Assembly (NCBI GenBank): GCA_030390025.1
Contig: CM059433.1
Location: forward strand, 27,530,001-27,594,000
Length of the DNA: 64,000 bases
Source of the DNA: Squalus acanthias
Taxonomy: Eukaryota
Direction of reading: 5' to 3'
Shown: piece by piece, positions 12,901 through 24,900 of the stretch
Layout of the letters: each line of letters starts with the position of its first letter
Numbering within the stretch: position 1 is the stretch's first letter
Made by a program: the position numbers and the translations under genes
The notes under the pieces: model-generated
Told to the model about the DNA's origin: nothing
Seen by the model: the letters and a program-made list of their open reading frames with translations, nothing else
Databases searched by the model: none

Positions 12901-15900
12901 CTGTGCAGTGCTTGTCAGTGTTTGCAGCACTTCAATGCTGTAGAACACTGACAGAACAACTGTCAAAATAAAGTTGGCCATGGTCCCTTTAAGGAACTCG
13001 GCTGATGACGCGTCATCAAATGACGTCACCAGACCCACTTCCAATAATTGGCCGGCAAACGCGCTGGGCGGGCTTAACAAGCCCCATCAAGGGAAATTCA
13101 TTTCAGAGGCCCAGATGAGACAGCAGCAGGGTCGGGGCCAGCCACCAACATCACCCGCCACAGACTCGCCGAGGTTCATAAAATCGCAGCCTAAAGCTTA
13201 TTAAGTATTATCTGATAAAGAACTGTTTGCAAATAGTGATGCCAGAGTTGTAGCATACAGATGATTGTCAATTGTGAAGAATGTCATAGCAAACTAGAAA
13301 ATAGACCTTTTAGTAAGACAACATGGAAATGCCACCACCACAATCTGACCCGAGAGCAGGAGTACAAATTCCAAACTCCTAAATCAACAAAGTTATCAAG
13401 GAAATTGTTGGAATTTATTTTTATCTTTTTGGATTATGTTTAAATCTTGGAGTTTGGGACTTCAGTAGCAGCTAACTAATGCCCCTGGGAGCCTGTTCTT
13501 ATAATTTAATTTCCTTCTCCAATTTCAAGCAATACTTCAAGATAAGCTGGGGATGTAGGTCAAGAGGCACAGGTTCAAACTAGTTTCAGAAAATTATCAT
13601 TCATGTAGAGTCGTTAACACTTGGAATGAACTTCTGGGTAGGGAAGTAGTGACAAAAGCATATGAACATACAGAATTGAGCAAGTTATTTAATTTATTGG
13701 GTTGTCGTAATATGAGGACTATTTTTTTCTAGATGCACGAACCAAGGTGGCCCACACTGTCTTCCTCATCCATATTTATCTTGTCATCTTGTGCTCTTAC
13801 ATTATGTATAATAGTTTTGAAGCATTGTCTAAGTGTATTTATATGTGCTCCTATAAGTACCTAGAAAAGAGACCTGATAGAGGTCTTTAGGATTATGAAA
13901 GGGTTTGAAATGGTAGATGAAGAGAAGATGTTTCCACTTGTGGGAGAGACCAAAACTAGGGGCCATAAATATAAGATAGTCACTAATAAATCCAATAAGG
14001 AATTCAGGAGAACATTTTTTACCCAGGGAATAGTGAGAATGTGGAACTCACTACCACAAGGAGTAGTTGAGGCAAATAGCATAGATGCATTTAAGAGGAA
14101 GCTAGATAAACACATGAGGGAGAAAGGAATAGAAAGTTATGCTGATAAGGTTAGATAGAGAGGGGTAGGAGGAGGCTCGTGTAGAGCATAAACACCGGCA
14201 CAGTCCAGTTGGATCGAATGGCCTGTTTCTATGCTCTACGTAATCACTATGTAATGTGGAACTTGCTACCACATGGAGTAGATGAGGCAAATAGCATAGA
14301 TGCATTTAAGGGGCAGCTAGATAAGCCCATGAGGGATAAAGGAATAGGAGGATATACTGATAGCGTGAGATGAAGAGGGGTGGGAGGAGGCATGGACTAG
14401 TTGGGCTGAATGACCTGTTTCTGTGCTGTACAATGTATGTAATTCCAAGTACCTTCTTCACAGGTGCTAGTGGAGAAAGCTGGAAAGCAGCTTGCACCTT
14501 ATCACCTTTTTTCATCACTCATAGTTGTATCAAGCAGAGAGATTCTTTCTGCATTCTAACAAAGGCTTATTCAACACATTCCCTGTGGTATTTGAAAGGG
14601 TGGCTGGACAATTGTCTACTATGCAATCTGCTATTGGTGAAGCAACTTGCACCAATCACAACTGCAGTGGCCACCGGTACATTCAATCCATCAAAGCAGT
14701 GCAGGAAAACATTAAAGAGGGATTCGGAACCTCACAGATCAGCACCATTTTATCCTCCATAATATCAGTATGCATCCTGAGGAGTGGTCCTCCAGAATTG
14801 CACGCATGCAAAGGCAAAGGGGCAGTTGAGTTCTGTCAGCAATAGCTTTGTACCAGCAGCGGGCTTTGCACAGGGGGCACTTAGGAAACCTCTAAAAAAA
14901 AATGTATTCAATATTGTTAGGATGGTGGAGGGAGAGGGAAAGAGGAGAGTTTTTCTGATCTTATTTTGATGTAAAGAGAGATTTTTTAATGTTTTTTTTT
15001 CCCCTTGTTTATTTAAATATTGTTTTAATCTCAATTGACCCTTATATTTTTCATAGGAGCTACACATTCCACTTTCAGGACAAGTGGGTCAATTTGGACT
15101 GCAGACTGCTTCAATGACAGTGCAATTTCATGACAGGACGAAAGAAAACACATTTACACAAAGGTGAGTTCACTCATAGTTTTTTCCTTCCTCCTGTCCC
15201 TTACCAGATCATTTTGTGTTAGGTGATCCAAAGATGACAGATCCAAACCCCAAACCATATGATTGGAAGACAAGTACTACATCACATTTCCTTCGTTATT
15301 TAGAATATTATTTGAAAAATGTCTTCTATTTTTCTACTTTCTGAGTTTTTCCTTGTCAACACAACAGAGGCAAATGGTCCCCAGGCCTCTGTCAATGTCA
15401 CCGGGAGCTTAGCAAGAGTGACCCATGGTGATTGATTCGCTGATTATCCCTCCCTCATTGTAAAGTACATGACCTCTATATGCTTTTCCTCACTGACTGA
15501 TCAGGGGGAGGTTTCCTCTGGCTGTTCAGGATTAGCTACATTTTAAACATTGAGCAAAGATTTCTTACATGTTCACCATTTCTAGCAACATTCAAATCTA
15601 AGATCACAATCAGAGGAAATCTTGCCGCACTCAGTAACCAGAAAAAATTATTCCTCCACGAGAGGAGTTGAAATTATGAACCCATGCCACAGTTCTTTGG
15701 CACTCCACTTATACATTTTTATTAATATTAAATCATTCAGCAGGTGGGAGTCAAAACACAAGAATCAGAATTTACCACAAAAAGAAATCAAACTCCAGCT
15801 TTAACTACTTACAGATTTCCCCATTGGACCCTCATGACCTCGCTGTCCAGGAAATCCTTTCTCTCCCTTTAAAAAAATTAGAAAACTCAAAATTATTAAA

Positions 15901-18900
15901 GTCCTGTTGTTCACAGCATTGATCGAATTATCCAAAAACTTAAACAAAAGAGAATGTTCCATTAACCTTTGGTCCGATAGTGCCTTGTTGTCCTTTTACT
16001 CCCCGTTGTCCTTGATATGCCTGAAAATAGCAATTAAGAGTAATTAATGCAATCAAGATTCGGATACATATTGAATCGTATATTTTTTAACTTATGTATT
16101 CACTAAAGTATACCTCGATGCCTGTGCCTCCATCTCTTCCAGGTTGGCCTGGATCTCCAACTATTCCCTGCAAGGAAAATGCAATGTACATGCTGTAAAT
16201 AAGAGTGAACATTTAGGATTTTTAAAAGTTTGTGTAAATACAATCATAGAATCATAGAATGGTTACAGCACAAATAGCTTTAAGGCCACACCAACATATT
16301 TTGTACCTTATGTCCTGATTCTCCCTTTGTCCCATAAACTCCTGGAACGCCCTGTTCAAGAATATAATTTTGTTTATTTTGTATTTTTGATAACACAATG
16401 TTATAGGTGATCTCAAGTTTCTGAAGATATACTTTGTACTTTTAATCTTGGCTATATTGTAGTACCTATTAGTTCCTTCTCCTTTAATACATTCTACAAC
16501 ACATTACAAACAGGTTTGAAAGATTATAAATAATAATTTTATTATTAATTTCAAGCTTTATGATAAAAGGGCAGATTCCCCAATCAGGAGCTCCCAGCAA
16601 AAAGCAGCACTCATAGCTGGTTAAGAAATTGCTGGCTTACAGATCTTCACTTTCCATTCATTTAAGTTTATGGATGGAATATAAGAGGCTGCGGTCCCAT
16701 GATATCCTGACCAGCACTCCCTGTGAGGGCTGCTTCTCACCAGGAACGTCTGATCAGAGAATCAGCCCTAACACCTCAAAGCTGATCTTTTGTTAAAATA
16801 AGGGGAACTGAGTGATGCAGTGGCTTAGAACACTGTCTTTCCACCTCTGCGAACAGATTTCAAATCCAATCCAGACTGATGGGATGAAAGTCTACTCCCT
16901 GTGATGGCTAGAAGGTCCCACATAAGATGTTTGCACATTGTCCATAACACAAAAACTACCTAGAATTCAACACTAATTGCCAGATTCAGTAGAAACCACA
17001 GGGATGGCTGGTATAGAAAATTAAAATGTCATATTGATAGGCTTGCTCTTCTAAGTTGGAGTTAAACGCTTATTATGGGGGCATGGTACACAGAGCTTGA
17101 CTCTGTATCTAATGTATTCTAAACCTGTTCTGGAATTACTTTATACTGATACTAGCTCTAACAAATAGAAAAGTGTTCTATTCTTCAGCCTGGGCATCCC
17201 TCACCTCAGAAAACACAAAAGTTTGCCAAAATAGTTAAATAAATTATTATACTCACAAGTTTTCCTTTTGTCCCCTTCCTACCGGGAAACCCTGGATCAC
17301 CCACAAGACCCTGAAAAAAAACATTTTAAGTAATGTTGTTGAAACCAGATTATTTTAAATCAATACCAAACTTACCAATTTTAGATGTTAAGAAGATAAT
17401 AGAAAAACAACTTACCCTGGGTCCTTCCATGCCAGGTCTGCCTTCAATACCAGGGAATCCCTTATCACCCTGAAGATGTGAACAGTTAAAATTAAAAGAA
17501 TGAAAAGAAAAAGTGCAATTAATATTTTGAGGACTGTAATAATGTTTTCTAGTCATAATGAGAAGAAATACGATCACATATTTTATTTTATTAAGGGAAT
17601 AGTGTGCATGCAGATATACAGCATGGTTCTTAAACATTTATTTCCTCACCCCTTGCTTATTATAATGTTTTGCCCTCACACCTGGCTGAAAGGAAAGATT
17701 GGTGACCTACCCCTAAGTCTTTGCTAACGTCTGAAATCAGCTGCTGTGATTTGTGTCAGTGTCACAGGCCGTGATTTTACTAACCTCGGCTGGTCCATGG
17801 CGGGCGACGTCAGTGGCGGGTCCCGACCCCACTGTTATCTCCATCCCAGCCTCTGAAATGAATTTACTGTGATTGGGCTTGTTAAGCCCACCCAGCGCGT
17901 TTCCCGCCAATTAGAGGAAGCGGGTCTGGTGACGTCATCAGCCGGTTTCCTTAAAGGGACCATGGCCAACTTTCTTTTGACATTTGTGCTGTCAGTGTTC
18001 TATAGCATTGAAGTGCTGCAAACACTGACAAGCGCTGCACAGAGCTGCAGGGCTGCACCCAGGCTCTCCCATGACTCCCTCCATATGCTTATGGAGGGAG
18101 TCACATCACACAGGGAGGTACTCTTCCCTTCCCATGGGCGGAAGAGACCTCCCCAGGAGATCAACACAGCTTGGTTGCGCATTGCAGAGGAGAGATGTGG
18201 TCAGGAGGGACCTGGGTGCAGTGCCGCAAACGTTTCAATGATCTCAGTAGATCACGAAACGTTAGTACAAAGCCACACTCAACCTCATCATGCTGTGCGT
18301 CTCAGCTGGGGACAATACGTGGCTCAGAAGTTAGAGACAAGGGCGCAGAGGGCAGCACAGTGGCACAGCACGGTGTGACATATTGAAATGTTTGAGGTAT
18401 AATTTAGAATTTCTCAATATGTAAGCAGCTTTACTTTTATTGGCAGACTTTTTAAATGTTCCCCCTCAACCTTGGCGTATACCATTTTTATGTTGCTGAA
18501 GCTTTCAGCAGGTCAAATTTCTCAAACAGCCAAGAAGAATTGGTTTGAAAGCTTCCAATCAATTTGTGCCAGGATGGTTCAACCTATGGTATCAAAAGCA
18601 GCACAATTCTTTTGCAATTTTTTAATATATACACATATATATATATTAGTTTGAAACTAAAGTTTGCAAACCTGTGACAACAGATGCAAATAGTAATACA
18701 ACAGTTTAAAATCCAGTAAATTACTTGAGTGCTTAACTCTTTGAATGCCACAGAAAAGTTTACTCATCTGGGTGTGGTTGAGCTGTAGGAGCCACTAACT
18801 CACAGGCAGCAGTGTGTCCTGATCACAAATTTCACTTCAAAACTTTTTCAGACGATCATATCGAACTTCAGACTATAACCATTCTATTTGCTTGAAAACT

Positions 18901-21900
18901 GACATTTAAAGCTCGGTTCCAGCCAACAAAGAACATTTTGGGGGAGATTTTCTAGTTGGCCGCCAAACGGGCATGATATTGGCAGTGAGTCAGTGACACC
19001 CAGGGGGCCCGAACCATTTTCAGGTTCGGGCTTCATTAACATTTTTCCAGCGAGCTGCGGGTGCCAAACAGGCATTCCGCTGCAGCCCGATGGTTTCCTG
19101 CGACAGAAAATTATCCATCTGTAGCACGCAGCCGGCCAGTAGTTAAGGCCTGTTGGGGGAATGCCAGGAGGGAGATCGTGAACAGGCCTGAAGAGCTTTG
19201 GAGGACGTGCAAGAGCACTCCTGCTCCCCCTGGACCCATAAAAACCTTTTAAAATAAACAGGAAACCTACATTTTCAGAGTGACCTCCAGTGGTCTCTGT
19301 AAGGACTGCTGGTTAGGCCTTTGTTTTAGCTGCTACCACCTCCAAAACTGGAGCAGAGAAACACACATTATTTTTACAGCAAGTATATTTATAATTTTCA
19401 GTTTTAGTTTTAAATGGCTTAAAATCCATGTGTTACCAAAGACACTGCTGGATTGATCTAGGCATCACAACCCATTGTACAAACTTCTTTGGATCAATTA
19501 TCTTAGAACACCCCCTTTTATCCCTCTTCCCCCAACATTGTGTAATTCATTTCTGAAACGTTAACTCTGTTTCTCTCTCCACAGATGCTGCCTGACCTGC
19601 TGGGTATGTCTAGCATTTTCTGTTTTTATTTCAGATTTCCAGCATCCGTAGTATTTTGCTTTTGTATTGCATAATTCATATTCTATATTTAACAGACATT
19701 TAAAGAAATGTCTGTAAGCAACACTGTAGGAGATTCATTACTTTTTATTAATGGGTCTATATTAAAATAATGACATTCAATAGCTAGATATAAGACAGGA
19801 ATTCACTGGACCTCAAATTGGTTTGCACAAATAAAAATCATTGTGTTTTGAAACAGAATTGTCATTACCTTCACACCCTGTAATCCCCATATGCCTTCTT
19901 GTCCTGATGCACCTTTGTTTCCCTAAAAATTATAATAGTAATTCATATTTTTATTAAAACTGAGCTTCTGAATCAAAAAACATTATCAATTTGCTTCTAG
20001 ATCACTGTGCCATGTTTGCTATTTAAATATGTATTACAATTAAAAAAGACTATCACATTTATTCATTCAGAACGTGTACATACTTATTAATAATAATGTC
20101 TTCAGATTTTGTCTTTTCATCAACCTTATGCTGGATTGTTTGTGAAACAAACCTTGGGGTAATTATCACCTAAGCTGACTGGTGGGAAACTGACAGGATT
20201 GGATCAGGCACCTATTTTACACACCACCCAATGTTACTTTCCAATCAATGGAATGTAATATTCCAGCAGGGCGTAAGACGGGCATCCAATCTGATTGTGT
20301 CAGTTTCCCACCAGGCCGGTTAGGTTAACGTTAACCCTGGCCTCGATTCTGGAAAATTCTTTAGTTGATCTCAAGTGGCAGTAACTTGCACAATATTTAT
20401 TGTGAAACTCCATAAACATTTCAATCCTTTTCTGTTATGAGTTTATTAGTCATTTTCATCATTCTGTGCCAATACAACTCTGTAGCTGCTGGCAGGTATG
20501 ATAGAGTTTCAGGGTGACTCCTCCTCTGTTTGTACTTTGTCTCTGCTCGCTGTCTTCCCCAACAGCCTGACTGAGATCAGGAAGTCATGATTTGAGAAAT
20601 TGTGGCTACCTATTGATTCCGGTGTTCCGTGGCAGGCTATACTGGTACATGTCATACTGCACCATAATACTGCTGCCATAAACACTTAACTCCTTGCTTA
20701 AACATACCATTTCACCTTCTGGTCCTGTTTGCCCTCTCAGTCCAGGTGGTCCTGAAACTCCCTGAAACAAAATGAAATAATTTCTCAGAACCATTTTTCT
20801 ATTCATACTTAAATAATACAATTTTGTGTGTAAAAAACCTGAAGCATCTGTGAATTGACCTTAAATCCCACGGTTCCTTGCAATCCTTTATATCCTTTAG
20901 GACCATCTATACCCTGAGAGGAAGAAGAATGTATTTCTCTGAATGTGGAGTAACTCCAGTCTTGGCAATTATTTAGGAAACAAAAAAATATCAAATATTA
21001 TAAAATTGGACAGTGTGTTTAAAAATTACATACTCTTTGGCCTGGCCTTCCTTCTGCTCCCTTGTTTCCTTTTATTCCAGCTGTACCCTGAAACAAGAGA
21101 AAAGTAGATACATGAGCTAATTTAAATAGTCATACATACTCAATGCTTAAAGTGAAGTAAAATGATGAAAGCCTTACCAAAGGTCCAGTGTCACCAGGTC
21201 TTCCATAAGAACCAGTGTCACCCCTTATACCCTACATCAAAACGGTCACAGATCAGCAAGTATGCATACACATAAATATATAGATATATTAATCACTTTC
21301 AGAGCTCTTAGTTGCTATAAAGCTGTTAGATTTAATCTCCCAATTTTTTTCACGCAACATTTTATGCCTAAACAAGTTACTTGGGCACTGGCCACAGCAC
21401 GCATTTCATTAAAACTCACAAAATGATTGGCCCGGTGGATTATAAAGTGAAGAGAAAATGAAGTACAATACAACGGTGATAATCTCTTTGAATTACAATT
21501 TGATCCTACTCTAAGGATTTGAACTGAAGAGATTTAGGTTCAATTTCTTTCTGCTTTCCTTTACAACAGATACAATGTAATTTATATATTAACCATAATT
21601 AAAGATATATCACATTTAAAAGGGTTGGTGAATGGTGTAGAGATTGTACATCACAAAAACTCCATTTATATAATTAGTTTTAGATTGATTTATTGAATTC
21701 TATTTTATCATTTAATTTATTTATCTAAATATACTGACATAAAAGATAGTGTACAGATACTAACTGTAGCATTTGGGCTACAGTGGCGAGGTAATGATTT
21801 AATGCTTCGAGAAATTACCAAATGCCTGAAGTTAAAAGGTTTCTGGCATTATTGCACAGTGAAGATCACTTTCATAAGCCATGGGGATAGCCTACTTAAC

Positions 21901-24900
21901 AACAGATGTTAGCTGGGATTTTCTGGTCCCCTCTGATAGAGGCAAATTTTCAGCAGGGTGAGACTTCGACTTGCACCCCACACCACCCCCACCCCCCCCC
22001 CCCACCCCCCCCCACCCCCACCCTTAACTCCTATAGTATTTCCAATTCCTGGATCATTAGAATACATGAGGCTGGTTTCCCCGCCTCTTCTGTGAAGGAG
22101 GAGAAGGAGGTTCAGGCATGACACAGTAAGCTTGGGGTTCTATTGCAGCATTGGAATTCCCACAGCCCCCGAGTTGCCAGAGAAAAGGCAAAAATGTGTT
22201 TAGAAAAAGAATGAAATTTTTTTCTTGGGCCCATGCAAAGTATTGCTCTGGAAGTGTTTGAACAGGCCCCACCGGCAATAAAGATTGCCTTGCCCCCTTC
22301 TGCTGACTGATGAATGCCGGGTGCCTGGGTTTAGCAGGTGGCCCTTGTGTTGAGTGTTCAAACAGGGCAAATGGCAGTAAAGACCGTAGAGGCCATATTT
22401 ACATCACTTAAGTATTCTTTCATGCGTCTGCCCGCATATAGACGGGCGCATTTTACATCGCCAGGCTCGCCCACTGGGAAATGGGGGAGGAGAAAAGAAA
22501 GACTTGCATTTATATAGCGCCTTTCATGACCACCGGATGTCCGGAAGCGCTTTACAGCTAATGAAGTACTTTTTGAAGTGTAGTCACTGTTGTAATGTAG
22601 GAAATGTGGCAGCCAATTTGCACACAGAAAGCTCCCACAAACAGCAATGTGATAATGACCAGATAATCTGTTTTAGTGATATTGATTGAGGGATAAATAT
22701 TATCAGCCTAGATTTTGTGCTCAAGTGTCTGGAGTAGGGTGCTACCCACTGAGCCACGGCTAGCACTTCAGGAAGCGAAAATGGGGATGTGGCAGAGTGT
22801 ATCTTCTAGCTAGTTTCTGCCTGCATCCACACCACATCTGGCAAAACAAAATCAACAAGGGAGCAGGCGGCAAATCAAGCCCAACATTTGATTGATTACA
22901 CCCTTGGACTAAATTTATTTACAACAATAAGAAATGATTTCAATCATTTTGCACAAGTGCACCTATGTTTTGTAACATATGAGTGGCAAAAGTAGTCTTA
23001 TTGGCCAATGACATCACTCCCTGAAGACAACAGTCTACTGATATCCATTTTCAAGTATTGCTTAGACCTATTTCCTTAACGTGTGACATATCATTGGGGC
23101 AATCAGAGTTACCCTCTCAATCCAAGGATGCAATAAACAGGACTACCCTGTTTTTACCTGAGACCCTGGTCTTCCAGGCTTTCCAGTTGTGCCTTGTTCA
23201 CCTTTCTCCCCCTTGTGTACAGATGAAGAAAATTCAAATTATTTGTGTGTAATAAAATAAGATATAGTCTGTGACAATGTAATTGTGAATAAGAACAGGT
23301 TACCTGTGGGCCTGTGTTACCCTGCTGCCCTGGTTGTGCATGGGGACATTTGCAATGTGGTGGATCCCCAGTAAGACTGTATTCTGCTGTTCTGCCACAC
23401 TGAAACAGTTTAATTGGTTATTTGTGGACTAAAACACTGGATGGACTAAGAATACGCAAACAGGTTGGACTGGACTTTACACTGAGAGGACAAGCAGTAA
23501 ATTTAAAAATTAGTTATACAATGAACATAAATAAACAGGGCAAAGCAAAATTACCAGAATATTTAGAATGGTAAGAGGCAAAGAAAATTATGTCACAAAT
23601 ATTCCATCCTGACAATAATAATACACTACAAGTCACTGTGGTATTCCCATGTTTCTTAAATTGTTTATCAATTATTTTTTATTTCTCAATTTTTACTATC
23701 TTCAAATAAAATGAATGACTATATGGAGTGTATGTCACCTTTACAGCATTATAGCAATGTAATTTATTATGATTTATGATTCAAGAAGTTGAGTCATTTA
23801 TTTTGTACTGATTCAATCGTGAATTTGATCAAAATCAAACTCTGATGTTAATGGAGTGAAAATAGAAATTATTGGATGTACACAGCAGGTTGATCCACAT
23901 CTGAAGGATATGTTTACAATTAAGGTAGGACCCTTCATTGATTCTGATTTAGAGTCCTACCTTAAATATTAGCTTGTCTTTTCTCTTTCAGACCTGCTGT
24001 ATACTTCCATTATTTTCTATTATTTCAAACTGCATGTTTTACTTTTATTTTTGTACTTACACAGAAACTGGCATTTACCTGCAAGGCTGTTCCTTCCCAA
24101 TGTTTCTGACCTAGTTAAACTTCCTGACAAGATATTGACTGTTTTGTAACAACTAAGCAAAAACCATTCATTTTTCATTATTTTACTGAGTCAGTTGTTT
24201 GTTGCTATTGTTAAGCCTATGAATTTGAATATTAGTGCTCTGAATTGTGCTTTGTCAGTTGAAGAGATTTTCTTCTTCAACTCCCCCCACCCCCCCCAAT
24301 AAAAAGTGACTAGGTCACAATATTACAAGCCAATCCTTTGTATTGAGTGTGAGGCACAGCCACCATGCTGAAGCAGCACATTCTACCAGGACTTTGTTGC
24401 TTTATGTCATAAATTGCATTGATTCAGTTTTCACTACCACTGATATTTTTTCTGAACACAGCACTATTTAAACACATTCATTCTCCTTTTTTGGAAAATA
24501 CTGTAAAGTTGCACGATCTGAAAATGAAACTATTTTGTTGTTGATTTTTTTTTTTAAAAGGACTTGCCCTCTTGTTTTGATAAACAATCTCTAAAAAATA
24601 CGTTTATGGATTTAGTCTCATTTGTGAAACATTCCAGGCTAGTGTAAAATAGTCTAAATGCAGCATACTTACAAGGTCTGATAATTCACAGCATCCTTCT
24701 GAAAAGGCTTTGTCTGGATCACAGTGCAGCTCTAGTTGTTGCAGATCAAGCTGATGAACAAAACGTGCAAGTTAAATAGAAGGTGTTATTTTCCAGTGTG
24801 ATTTGTTCCTATTTCAGTACAATAATGGCAAATGTTTTGGTGTGTTAAAAAGGTACTGTAATTAGAAATGAAGAGATTTTTCACTCTTGCAGTCCATTTT

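Noticed and set aside
14430..15070. Cluster of 100-130 aa ORFs (also 6340-7250)
   Set aside because: No recognisable domain and no consistent splice signals; probably old repeat or intron sequence.
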